Below are positions 1 to 14,555 of a stretch of DNA of 64,000 nucleotides, one piece after another (position 1 is the first letter of the stretch; every line of letters starts with the position of its first letter). Under the pieces are notes generated by a model. That model saw nothing but the letters and a program-made list of their open reading frames with translations. It ran no database searches and was not told the origin of the DNA. Source of the DNA: Chrysomallon squamiferum (lineage: Eukaryota; Animalia; Mollusca). Both the position numbers and the translations under genes were made by a program. The stretch is from contig CM022677.1 of assembly GCA_012295275.1 (NCBI GenBank), positions 8,494,001-8,558,000 on the forward strand, in the 5' to 3' direction.

Positions 1-1020
1 GTTTGAGAAAAACCAACATCAAACAATTTTATTAAATTACTACAGATATGATACAGTTTCAAGGACAGCTTTTTTATTTTTTTTTTTATTTTTACCTTTA
101 TTATAATTATTTTTTTTTTTTTTTTTGTATGTAAGAGAAAGCAGTAATAACTACAGTGCAAACTTTTAGGTAAAAATAATTTAATAATAATAATAGCAGT
201 AATAATTAATTATATTTAATTAATAATAATAATGATCAGGAGGAGGATGATGACAATAATGATAATAATAATAAGTGACTCTTGCTGAACTATTTTGTAA
301 TAACAGTCTTTTATATATCGTCAAGAAAAATTGTTTGAATAGGATTTTAAAAAAGAAAGTCTAATAATAACACATCAAATAGGACTGACTGGTAACAACT
401 AAGATGAACAGTAAATTATTTCTAAAATCATCGCTGGGCTCCTGCTAAATGCTGTTAATTAATCAATTAATTTAAAATTAGCTGAACCCATAAATAATAA
501 AGCATTGTTGCATACGCTTCACACTTTTTTGAAGAAAAAAAAAATTGAGAGAAAAAAAAAAAAGAAACAAAAATAAATAAATAAAAAGAGAAAAAGAGAA
601 ATAATAAAAAAAAGAAGAATAGTAATAAAGCCTTTTTTAATATATTCTTCTGAAGAGTACTGATAAAAAAAAAAATAATAATATTAATAAAATAAAAAAA
701 ATATAGAAAAAGAAACAAGAGAGAAAATGAACAGAGAAATTCAAAAAAGAAAAGTGTAAAAGAAAAAAAAAGAAAATAAATAAAGATCGAAAAAGAAACA
801 AAATAAGTAAAAAAGTGAAAAGAGAAAGAAACAAAAAAATAAAATAAAATAAAAAGTAGGAAGTTCTTATTGTTGGTAAATATCAAAATGTTCTTTCATG
901 GCAAATGTAAAGAAAGTGTAAATTCCATCAGTTTAAGAATGTATCACCAGAATCAAAATATTACATCCATTTTAACTTGTCTTCTTGTAAAAATACCTCT
1001 CCACACAGAGCAAACAGCCC

Positions 1021-1542
1021 ATCTCCCAGACACACACACACAAACACATACATCTCCCAGACACACACACACAAACACACACAAACACACACACACAAAC
1101 ACATACATCTCCCAGACACACACACACATCTCCCAGACACACACACATCTCCCAGACACACACACATCTCCCAGACACACACACACAAACACACACATCT
1201 CCCAGACACACACACACAAACACATACATCTCCCAGACACACACACACAAACACACACACACACAAACACACACATCTCCCAGACACACACACATCTCCC
1301 AGACACACACACACACAAACACATACATCTCCCAGACACACACACACAATCACATACATCTCCCAGACACACACACACAATCACATACATCTCCCAGACA
1401 CAAACACACACAAACACACACAAACACACACACACAAACACATACATCACCCAGACAAACACACACAAACACACACACACAAACACATACATCTCCCAGA
1501 CACAAACACACACCCACACATCTCCCAGACACACACACAAAC
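1021..1542. repeat. Compound microsatellite: (CA)n punctuated by ATCTCCCAGA
   Basis: The 10-mer recurs many times separated by variable CA runs; this explains the HT/CV-rich spurious ORFs. Confidence 0.95.
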
Positions 1543-2257
1543 AGGGTAAGAGAAAAATTTGCTAGGGAAAATGATCATAAAAAAATTGACAGATAACACT
1601 TTAATGTAATACAATTGTTATTTGAAAAATTATTATTATCATGGTATTTCTGGTTGATAAGATGTTACATAATATCAGTGTGATTTAAACAGACTAGTAT
1701 TATTATTGTTGTTGTTATCATTATTATCATTATTATTTATTATTATCATCATTATCATTCCCATTATCACTATCATTATAGTTTCAACATCATCATCAGT
1801 TTTTTAATCATTATCATCATCATCATCATCATTTTATAAGCCAATATTATTGTTTGCATTAATCTTATTCAAATATATGAAAAATAATTAAATTTATTAT
1901 TATACTTTAGTTTGTAGTAAAATGCTGAACTGAATTAATAATCAGATAAATAAATAAAAAAATAAATTGACAAATAAAATGAATAAATGAACAAAATATA
2001 AAAATAAAAAACAAACAAACAACAACAACAAAAATTATAAAGAAAACTCAGATACATTAGTATCTAGTGAAGATACTATTTGTTTACATGTGTAAGATAT
2101 AGTTGTTTAATTAACAGTGACAGATAATTAATCTTTGTGTGTGAGACTGTTACTAACTGACCTATCAGATAAACTGACATTCAGTCTGACTGCAGTGATC
2201 ATGAGCTTTATTCATTCATGTACAATTAGATGTCTCTGTTTTTGTATCTGGTGATTT

Positions 2258-2321
<64 letters not shown>

Positions 2322-3164
2322 TGCTCGCTCTTTGACAACATGTTTGTATTCATTTGTGCATGAGTAATTCTATTGCTTTCCAATATACAATTTAAAAAAT
2401 AAAGAACTATACAGTATCATTTAATTTGACTTCAGGAAATCAATAATATATATATTTTGACAAGGACAGGAATATTTTATAATACTAAAAAACCCACATG
2501 TTATTGAAAATATATAATTTTAAAAATTACTGGAGAAATGTATTCTGAATTTTCTGAAAACATCACCTTCACATAAATATATAAATTTAAAAAAATTAAA
2601 CAAAATAAATATAAATAAAAGCAACAACAACAACAATTAAAAAGAAGATGGAGAAGAATAGTAATAATAATAATGATAATAATAATAACAATTTTAATAA
2701 TAGTGATAACTAAATAATAATAATAATAATAAAATATAATTTTGCCAATAAATTATTCTCAGTCCCTAACAGAGGAAAGTCAAACATTTACAGACATATT
2801 TTGAAATTCTAAAGTTAACAGTGACAAGAAACAGGTTAAATTAGTTTCCTGCTGTTAAAGCTACACTCAGTTTTAAACTCTGCTGGGGATATCTGTTTAT
2901 TAAAGTATCTTTACTGTAACAGTTATTACTTAACAAATACCTAGTAATCTTAATTCTTATTTTGTTGTTGAAGTTTTGATTGCTTTGTTGTTGTTTTTTG
3001 TTTGTTTGCTTTTTTAGTTTCATGATTTCATAAAGGATTTTTGTTTTTGATTTAGTTTTTGTTTTCATAGTTGATTTTATCATATTATTTATTTAACTAA
3101 ATAAATAAGTAAATAATAAATATATAAACAACAATATAAATAAATAATAGAACATAATAAAGAA

Positions 3165-3196
<32 letters not shown>

Positions 3197-4251
3197 ATAT
3201 ATGGATTAAATGAGTAGTCTGTACACATGCACACAGAGAACACATCACTAAGAATATAACATAAAATAAATAATACATATGTTTTTACCATGTACATTAT
3301 AATAAGTTTACAACTCTAGCACATTCTCTGTTGACATTTAGTAAAAATGTTTAAGTAGCACATAATCAGTCTTAATGTACTAAGCCTAATTATAGTGTAC
3401 AATACGCATCCTTGTAACATTACAGTTACTAACTCGCCATTTCAACAACATGAAATAGTTATAAAATAACAAATTTCTAACAGTGTATGCTCCCCACATT
3501 TCAACACACTAACTCTGATAAATAGCAATTAATCTTATTGTCTGTATTCTTATTAATTTTATGACAGTTCTACAATATTTTCTTTATGTCTTCTTCATAA
3601 TAAACTTAATTTGGATAAACTCAGATTATCCTTATACATTTGTATTCCTAAAATTTGATAAGGTTCTGGATAATATCACTATTTGTGTTTATTCCTGATA
3701 ATTTCCTGATTAGATTTTTCTTTCTACATGAAGAAGAATACGTTTTATATAATCTTTTGAATTAGGTTCCCATTTGAACATCCATAAATATAGATAATCA
3801 TATTAATTTATATATATATTAATCATGATGCTTAAAACATATTTAGTTATTTCTGCATGTTAAATGTTTTTTAAAACTTCTGTATAAGATGCCCTTGAAT
3901 CTGATAAACCCAAATTAATATTATTATTTACTTTTTAATGTATTTGTATCAGTTTTGATAGTTTTTGTTGTATTTTACTTAACCAGCTTGCTCTATTGTA
4001 ACTAAGTGATAAATACAGAGACAGCTGTGAAAAACGGTTGGATGGGTTATGTAAGTAGATGACCAAATATCTGTGAGGTAATTTTAATGAATAACTGAAA
4101 AGCTTTAACACTGAAGTAGTCATTGTTACTCTATAGTTATAATTTATAATTATTATTACTTTCTAATCTTTCACTGTTGTCTTATTATATACATGTCATT
4201 CATTCTTTTTATAATCACAGATTGCCTAAATAATTTCTGTTATGAATACTA

Positions 4252-4319
<68 letters not shown>

Positions 4320-4382
4320 GAGAGAGTGACTGTGCTACGAGAAATAATAATAATAATAATTATTAGTATTATTATTTATTTG

Positions 4383-4416
<34 letters not shown>

Positions 4417-4574
4417 AATATTTACACAACTGTTAATGTGAAATGTATAATAACCTAAGCATAAATGTAATAATATTTTGATGTGTGTATGTGTGTCTGT
4501 GTGTATGTGTGTTTGTGTGTGTCTGTGTGTCTGTGTGTATTTCATTCCAAACTAATTTTTCCTCTGGTTTTTTT

Positions 4575-4611
<37 letters not shown>

Positions 4612-4836
4612 CTGAGCTACTTATGTAATGTTATTACTAAGTCATATTTCATCATGTTTTCCCTGACTACTCAAGCTGCCTGGTCAATACATCATTCATT
4701 AGCAGATCAATGGAGTGCAGCAAAATCCATTAGTTATTTTTAAATTGAAGTCTGGCTGAGAGAATCAGGCACAATCTGGCTTAAACAATCAGTTTTTATA
4801 TCTGCTCCAGTAGAAAGATGTCTGCATTGAAATTCC

Positions 4837-4847
4837 AGAGACAGAGT

Positions 4848-4891
<44 letters not shown>

Positions 4892-4915
4892 GACAGTGAC
4901 AGAGAGAGACAGAAG

Positions 4916-4988
<73 letters not shown>

Positions 4989-5086
4989 CGACAGAGAGAC
5001 AGTGACAGAGAGAGACAGGAGGGAGAGAGCAAAAGAGAGAGAGAGAGACAGACAGACAGACAGTGACAGAGAGAGACAGAAGGAGG

Positions 5087-5143
<57 letters not shown>

Positions 5144-5643
5144 AACAGATAGATAGAGAGAAGGAGAGAAAGAGAGAGAGTGAAAGAGACAGAAAGGGAG
5201 AGAGAACAACAGATAGATATAGAGAGGAGAGAAAGAGAGAGAGTGAAAGAGAGAGAGGGAGAGAGTGAGCGAGAGAGGGAGGGAGAGTGAGAGACAGACA
5301 GAGAGAGGGAGGGAGGGAGGGAGAGCATGAGAGAGACAGAGAGAGAAAGAGAGGGAGGGAGGGAGGGAGGAAGAGAATGAGTGAGAGAGAGAGAGAGACA
5401 GGCAGAGAAAGGAAGGAGAGGGAGGGAGAGCAAGAGAGAGAGAGAGAGGGAGGGAGGGAGAGCAAGAGACAGACAGACAGACTGACAGAGAGAGAGGGAG
5501 GGAGTGAGAGAATGAGTGAGAGAGAGACAGGCAGAGAAAGGAAGGAGAGAGAGAGAGGGAGGGAGAGCAAGAGACAGACAGACAGAGAGAGAGGGAGGGA
5601 GGGAGGGAGAGAATGAGTGAGAGAGAGACAGGCAGAGGAAGGA

Positions 5644-5683
<40 letters not shown>
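4837..5683. repeat. (GA)n/(GGGA)n/(GACA)n polypurine compound microsatellite
   Basis: About 850 bp almost purely purine on + strand with internal higher-order duplications. Confidence 0.95.
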
Positions 5684-5688
<5 letters not shown>

Positions 5689-5852
5689 TGTATCTTTGGT
5701 GTGTGCATGTTTCTGAGCCTATGTCTGAAAAAGAGTGAAATGAAATTGTTGTATCAGAAATTAAAAAAAGACTTTACCTGTTTATATGTGGGCAAATTTG
5801 ATGGGCAAATTTGGTTATGTAGTATATGTGGCAAGTATTATGTGAAATGCGT

Positions 5853-5897
<45 letters not shown>

Positions 5898-7034
5898 AGT
5901 TAGAGAGCGAGAGAGACAGAACATGCACATGTTTAATTATTTAGTTTACAGTTTATAGGCAAGTGTTGTGTGAAAGAAAATAGATATGTGAGTGTGGTTG
6001 TTTGAGAGAAAATGTAATTATCTTGTATGTATAATAAGTGTGTTGTGTGTGTGTGTGTGTGTTATACAGAAAATACTCATGAATTAGTGCACTCATGCAC
6101 GTGTATGTTTGAAATGGTAGATTCCTGATTATGTACCAGCATAAGAACATGAAGTAGGGTAATGAAATTTTATATGTAATCAGAAACATTGTATAATCAT
6201 GTGCTGTCTGTAGAGTGTATAAAGAATGGCTTACTGTTAATTAATAAACATATTTTATGATCTTACAGCAGTTATCATTATTATTATATAAACAATTAAT
6301 AAAAAAAAGCATAAGCATGTGTGTTATAATATAAAGCTATTAAGAAACAGAGTGTGAATTCTCAAAAATTTATTCAAACAGCAGATTTTTGTTATTGGTG
6401 TAAGCAAATAAGTGTAAAGTGAACCATCAGATAGGAATGTTCTGTTTACAATAAACATTCCAGATTACAGTTGAAGATACTCTGTCGTTTATACATCATT
6501 CCATAAACAGAATACTACACAGATATTCCTGTGTTTGGCAGGGATTACAATAGAACTAAACAAAATAATTATATTAAAAACATAAATAAAATTATATAAC
6601 TGACTTAATATCAATGATTGGTAGATTAAGAATGTTATCTGAATTCATTTAATCTAAAAAACAAATAAATAGATATATAAAAAAAATGTTTTTTTATATA
6701 TATATTAAGAATGTCAGTTTATATATGTATATCTGAATGGTGTTATGTATGAATATGTGTATGGGTGTGTGTAAAAGAGAATGAGAATATTTGCATGTGT
6801 GTGAAAGAGAATGAGAATATTTGCATGTCTGTGAGAGAATGTATCTTATCATAGTCAGCTTAAAATATTAAAATGCAAATATCTATACATTCTGCAGTCA
6901 TAGAGTCATTTTAAATGTTTCTTTTTTCCTGTGATCACAGTTATTTAAAAATATTCCATTTAAAACTGAAACTGATGATGTCTTCAAACCAGTGTATTAA
7001 AGGAAACAATTAAAAATAAAAGTTCTGCTGTAAT

Positions 7035-7360
7035 ACAGACACTGCAGCCAGTGATCAGTGGTGCAAAAAATGCAGCACAGCTGATGATGCAATAGTACTA
7101 ATGATGCCACAGAGGTAGATGTTGCCACAACAGAACAGACAATCTGGCAGTGAGACAGATTTTGCTGCAATAAAACAGACAATGTTGCAGTGATGTAGAT
7201 GTGGCTGCAATGTCAGACGATGTTGCAACAAGAACGACATTGTGGCAGACTGAAAGAATACTGCAGTGAGGCAGACACTGCTGGTATGTGACAGCCGATG
7301 TTGCAGCAAGACAGCCGATGTTGCAGCGAGACGAGACAGACAGTGTTGCAGCGAGACAGG
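7035..7360. repeat. Degenerate minisatellite of about 20 bp (ACAGACGATGTTGCAGCGAG-like)
   Basis: Near-identical units at 7291-7330 and progressively more diverged units to the left. Confidence 0.75.
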
Positions 7361-7650
7361 CCAGTAAGTGATCAATAATGGGTGACCTTACAAATCAATA
7401 CATTGTGCATAACGTTGACAGTTTCCTCACTGAGTGAACATCCAGCCAACTGCAGAATAAATGAGTTTCATACTTCCAGTATTCCACAGAAAACTTCACC
7501 ATAACAATGCAAAAAAAATTCTATGACGAAAAATAATTTAATCAAAATTTGTCTAGCTTGGATGGAAGTTACTATTAGGTTGTGGTGGTAAGCTGGATGT
7601 GTGTAAGATTTGGCTGTAAAAGTCTTGGTTTGGATGGACTTTGTGAATGA

Positions 7651-7687
<37 letters not shown>

Positions 7688-8208
7688 TGTGTATGAGTAT
7701 GTGTAATTGTGATTTTGTGTGTGTGTGCATGCATGTGTTTATGTCTGTAAATAGCTTGTATCTGAATAAGTTTGTGAGTATTTAAGTATTTGTTTATAAG
7801 ACAAGCATGGATTACAGTCTCAACAGATTATTTGTAAACTGATGTTCAGAGTTTGGTGATTAATGGCAGAAGAAATTGATCAACAGAAATGCATTTTGGA
7901 TCAAAGGTTAAACTATTGTTATGGATACATGGATGGATGGTTAAAATTAATGGATAGGTTTCAGTATGCTGGGGAATCAGAGATTCTAACAGTTAATAAG
8001 CTATGTTTAAATGTAAAGACAAATGCTTATGAATATATATGTAACTGATAAAACATTAATTATCTATGCTAATGCTCCACTTTTTATTGACAGACAAACC
8101 AAAAACAGACAGATGGAAGTTAAGATTATTATAATAAACAATGGATGGATATTAAGATGGATATGACAGATATTATTATGTCAAGCTTTGGTAGCTGAAT
8201 GTATCTAA

Positions 8209-8239
<31 letters not shown>

Positions 8240-9193
8240 TGTATTCTGTATGGATGGATGTATTCTGATGAATGGTCTAATTAAAATATTTTCTGGTTTA
8301 TGTACTGATCCTGTTTGCTACAGATAGCAAACTATGCACATCTGAGCGACAAACAAACAGATGGGTGGTTTGAATGGATTGATGTAGAAAAAAGCAGATA
8401 AAGGATAAAACGTTCATGTAAATGTAAATATTAATGGCTGGCTGATAACAAAAGAAAAATGGAAATGGTCTGTCAGTAATTGTGTTTATAAAAATCGTCT
8501 ACATGTCAGTGTGTTCTGTACTGATGCTGATACTAGAACACTGTTATAACTGGTTACTATGACACTGTCTCCAGCAGACTTCACTCTGTACAGCTTTATA
8601 CAATGTTTCCTATTTTTTTTTTTTTTTTTTTTTTTTAATATACATAAATGTATTACACTGTAAGTTTATTACATGCAAGTTAATACAATTTACAGTGATC
8701 TACAGTTTAATACATAAAAGCTCATAAAGGTAAATTTTAAATGAAATATAGTTCATGTGCCATAGGAAATACTCGATTATAACATTTTACTGTTTTGTTT
8801 TCTTTTGTTGTCTGGATTATTAATGTTATTATTATTATTATTTATTTGAGTTTTTTTAATTATTATTAATATTTTGTTCTTTATATTTTTTATTTCTCTA
8901 TTATTAAGATAAATCTTTTTCTTTATCACTATGACCATTTTAAACTTTAACATTAAAGTAATATAAGTTTGTCCACACAGTATTAAGAAACAGTGAGTTG
9001 TTTAAAATATTAAAAACTGGGTTGTGAGACCATGTTTTAACGACTGATACAAGTCTGAGAATGTGTTTATACAGATGTGTACTGAGCACCTCTCCAGGAT
9101 TCCATTACATTGTGAGTGTCAGGGAACTAGACAGTCTTAACAATAAGTAACCTGACCACAATAAGATACCTTATGTAATTAGTCATTTTTCTC

Positions 9194-9251
<58 letters not shown>

Positions 9252-9999
9252 ATATATATATATATATCTATATACATACATACATACACACACAAACACA
9301 CATACAACAAATAACAGAAAGTCACTGAAACACAACTACACATACCCACAAACACAGACAGACAAATAAAAACAACAAAAAGACAAAAAACCATAGTAAT
9401 ACTCAAGTCTACACACCTTTCTAAAACATAATTTTATACAGTGTGCTCCCATGGGGGAAGCATGGTGTAAGACAGACAGACAGACACACACACACATATG
9501 TGGATGCACATACTCAGACCCAAACACAAACACATAAATATACACAAATATACAAAGTCAGACCATATAAAATACATATACAGTTAAATTTACATACAAA
9601 CACAAATCCACAGATATTCAGTACAAATCTCTCATTGTTATAAATATATATATTTCTACAAAAATCTAAATGCTTGTAACCAAGTAACAGAACTACCCTG
9701 CAATTAGGACCAATTTCACCAAGTCCATCTGAAAGTCCAATTATTTGTATTCATTTTTAAATCTTGTTATTTATATATCCTAGCTCTCTCTGCCTTCCAT
9801 AAGGTGAGTAGATAACATACCATAAGGCTCTCTCCTTAAGATTGGAGATTTCAAGAATGAGATTAAACTCCCTGGTGATTTTGTGTTTTCTTGAAAGTAA
9901 ATATCTATGCTAGGACAATTACCTACAGTACCACACAAGTCTAGAAACATGGTTCAGATAGCAAAGTTCAGAGGTCAGAGGTCAACACAGTTATGACTC

Positions 10000-10722
10000 T
10001 TCCAGAATGAACTGGGCTCAGTTAAAACAATTGTTGACTGGTTTTCTAATTACTTTATCTGTTTTTGAAATGCAGTATTAGATTTCTACATGCATATAGA
10101 TACAGATGCTGAAAATTTAAATGCACACATACTTGAATGGATTCCATTACAGAAAAATAAACATACATGTGGTGACATACCAACATACACAAAAGAACCT
10201 GTACCATATACACACATACATTCACACACACAAATGCACACACAAATAGATGCACCTAAACACACCATATGCAAACACAAATAAACAAACTTCACATACA
10301 TATAACCATTCCACAATACCTTAGGTTTTACACACACACACACACTCACATACATGGATTTTAATCTATCACAAGTAATTAATGTTGTACTGTCATAAAC
10401 AAGAACAATTTTAAAAAATCCTGAAACTGTGGAAATAGCTTGCTATGTTCTCTGATGACTGACAGTCAAGATCTGACATGAATTAACATTATTTTGATAA
10501 GTTTTCCAGAATGAACTGGGCTCAGTTAAAACAATTGTTGACTGGTTTTCTAATTACTTTATCTGTTTTTGAAATGCAGTATTAGATTTCTACATGCATA
10601 TAGATACAGATGCTGAAAATTTAAATGCACACATACTTGAATGGATTCCATTACAGAAAAATAAACATACATGTGGTGACATACCAACATACACAAAAGA
10701 ACCTGTACCATATACACACATA
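10000..10722. repeat. 219-bp direct duplication (10000-10218 and 10504-10722)
   Basis: Copies appear identical by eye, offset 504 bp. Confidence 0.92.
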
Positions 10723-10929
10723 AGTTTTCTGTTTAACTCTTCATTTCTATTTTTCTGAATATTTTTGTATGTCTGCCTCTCTGTCTCTATATGTGTCTGT
10801 ATATTTTCTGTGTATGTCTATGTGTGTGTGCACTGTCTCTTTATGTGTGTGAATATTTATGTGTGTGTGTGTGTGTATATTGTCTCTGTGTGTGTATATA
10901 TATGTTTGTGTGTGTATGTGTGTGTATTA

Positions 10930-10962
<33 letters not shown>

Positions 10963-12052
10963 CTATATGTGTAGAGGATAATCATTAAATCTCATAGAAA
11001 AAGAAGAAGTTTAAAAAACAGATAAGGAAGCTTACCTTCCATTCAGACACAACTGTCAACAAACACGTTCTCACTGCAACAACAACAACACTGTTGTCGA
11101 CGTTCTCACTGCAACAACAACAACACTGTTGTCCTCCTCCTTACAGCTGTCAGCATCAACTGTAACAACAAAAACATGTCTTAATAATATTTATCAATAA
11201 AACAATAATAATAACGATAGTAATAATAATAATTATTATTATAGTAATGATGATAATGATAAATAAATAGTTATAGTAATGAAAATAATAATAATGTTGA
11301 TGATTACTGATGATAAAGGTGGTTGATAAATAAATACATAAATAAATATATGCAGTAATACAATAATTTGTGCAATATCAGTAATACTAATTATGGAGAC
11401 AGTAACAACAACAACAATAATAATAATTAGTAATAATGTTGGTAACAGTGTTAATAATAATAATAAACAAATAAATAAAAGAAGAAACTGTTGGAGTAAC
11501 ATTAATAATAATAATAGTAATAACAATAACATAATAAAAATAATAACAATAACAACAACAATAATAATAATGATAGTAAGTGTAATAATAATAATAAAAA
11601 TAATAACAATAATAATAATAATAAATAATAATAAATAAAAAGAGAATATTTTGTGACAATTTATGCAGGAAATGTCTGGATTAATGTCTCACATTTTATA
11701 ACAGCTCTGATGAAAAATCACTTATCATTAATTATCAAGACATGATTCTTTAATGCTACTGGCAGAAATTGTTTTTTTTATTACATATTTAATTGCATAC
11801 TTTAAAATCCGCCTAAGCTGTGTTTCTCCTTTGAATTAAATAAAAAAACATATATACATTTATAAAAAAAAAAAGATTGATCATAAAGTTAAATCATCTA
11901 TATATATATATATATATTTGATTTTGCTTGGAGCAGTAATTCTTTAAAATATATAAATATACACACACATAAATCTGCTCCTTTCCCTTTTTCTTGAGCT
12001 TCTGGAATACGAAAACATGGAGTGTACTATTTCACATGTACATATGTACATA

Positions 12053-14055
12053 AACACACACACACACACACACAGAAAAGACACATACACACACACACAT
12101 ACATATATATAAATTACACATACATACACATTACACATACATACACATACATACACATACATACACATATATACACAAACATACATATGCATATACATAA
12201 ATTACACACAAACACACACACTGGTTAGAGTTATCTTTAAAATGGCAACACCAGGTTTACTCACCAGTACTGCATTTCTAAAAATCTTTTACCACAGTCA
12301 CATTAATAAACAATGAAGCTCTATTCACCGATCTATTATAAATAACAAAATGTAATATGCATGTTTATTATGCTTTGTTGCAGATCAATAATCAATACAT
12401 ACATGTTAGCTGTAAATATTCTGTTTGTTTTTTATTTCTACATGCTAGCTAAGAATATTTTTATTTTTCTACAGATAATTTTTAAATATTACAAATATTG
12501 TAAAACCTACTGATACTGCTATGAAGGCAACATTTATATTTACATAATTTTGTATTTATCATATTAGGAAAAAAAAAAAAATTAAGTATATAAATAAATA
12601 AATAAATAATAATAATAATATTAATAACAATGATGATGATGAGAACAAACTGTTTTACATTCATCACGTTCAAGGTACAAAGAACTCGTTACTGTTGAAG
12701 TGAGTTAAAGATATTTTAGACTCCCGCGTGTAGCATGTTTTTGTTAACAAATAAAATGTCAGGAAAGAGTTCACATATTAATATTAAAAATGTGTGAAAT
12801 CTTTTCCTGACATTTTATCTGTTATTGTGTGAAATAACTCAAAGAATGAAAACATCCAAAACGACACTTAACACATTTTTAAAACATGTTAACAGGTTGA
12901 TGATTGTAGGAAATGCTCAAATCCAAAACTTTTTCAAAGCAGTAGAAATAGTGTTTTGTTTTATCTTTTGGATTGTTTTCCATTCAAAAAATGTATTTAA
13001 TCACAGGAATTATTTTTAAAAATCCCTAAAATGGGTTTGTATAGGGGGGTGCATACTATATGGAATTTGTATTTATATTTAGATCCTATTTTCAGGCTGT
13101 GTTTTAAAATGCTAAATCCAGGAAAAGATTCTAGACTTGTTTAATATGTGTCAAAAAATAATGTAATGTGAACTGACAAAATTATTATCTACTTATAATG
13201 CTCATAAAATGAAAGAAACTGTAAACATAACCATTATTAATTAGTTTAATGTAGTTTAAGAACACATAATTATAGACTAATTATAAAAAATATAAAAAAT
13301 ATTAACTGATTATGATTTATTTTTTAAATATATATATATATATTAAAAAATAAATCATAATAACAATTAATAATATTTGTTATATAAATTTATTTGTAGA
13401 GCTCATTGATGGGACATTTTTGGCCATTACAAGACATTTGCAACAAATAAACTAAACCCTAATTTAGTGAAATAATAATAATAATAACAATAATTAATAA
13501 TAATAATAATAATTATAATAATAATAATAACAATAATTAATAATAATAATAATAATGGTGATAATAATAATAATGATAATGATAATAATAACAACAATAA
13601 CAATTACATCAACAACAACAACAACAAAAAATGAAGAAAAAGAAATAGGTATTAATCTGAATCTGTACTCGACATTATTTCAGGAGCTAAAAAAAACAAA
13701 AAAATTAACATTTTTATTTGTGAATATAAAATATAAAAATGTCTAATCAGCAGGGTTTACAGTCTACACATATCAAAATTAAGTTACCTTTTTGTGCAGA
13801 AACATTACTTTTTTGTTTTTTATGTTTTGATCTTGTCTGCTGTGTATGACAGAGTGTGTATTGATCTGGTTTTCTCCAGCTAGCACAGTGAGTCACTGGC
13901 TGCCACTGCAACCAGTGCTAATTACATTTTATTTCTTTAATTGATTCTTGATTAAAATTTACACTTTTTCAAATGACATATATAAATGTGTATGTCAACA
14001 ACAAATGATATATTAATAATAAATTAGCAAATAAATGAATATATATATGTCTGCA

Positions 14056-14093
<38 letters not shown>

Positions 14094-14512
14094 AGTGTAT
14101 GTGTATGGGTTTGAATGTGTGTATATGTGTTGTGAGTGTATGTGTATGTCAACAACAAATGATATATTAATAATAAATTAGCAAATAAATGAATATATAT
14201 ATGTCTGCATGTTTTGTTATTTATAATAGAGCTTCATTGTTTATTAATGTGACTGTGGTAAAAGATTTTTAGAAATGCAGTACTGGTGAGTAAACCTGGT
14301 GTTGCCATTTTAAAGATAACTCTAACCAGTGTGTGTGTTTGTGTGTAATTTATGTATATGCATATGTTTATATGTGTGTGTGTTTGTGTGTAATTTATGT
14401 ATATGCATATGTTTATATGTGTGTGTTTGTATGTGATTTATGTATATGTATGTGTGTGTATATATGTGTATGTATGTGTATGTGTAATTTATATATATGT
14501 ATGTGTATGTGT

Positions 14513-14551
<39 letters not shown>
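12053..14551. repeat. Inverted duplication of about 300 bp (12053-12350 vs 14212-14551)
   Basis: Unique core 12213-12321 is the reverse complement of about 14229-14337 and extends into flanking microsatellite-like sequence. Confidence 0.9.

Positions 14552-14555
<4 letters not shown>

Noticed and set aside
870-1565. Long HT- and CV-rich ORFs (up to 231 aa)
   Set aside because: Translations of (CA)n compound microsatellite, open in many frames.
4740-5898. 322-aa SL-rich and RE-rich ORFs
   Set aside because: Translations of the (GA)n tract.
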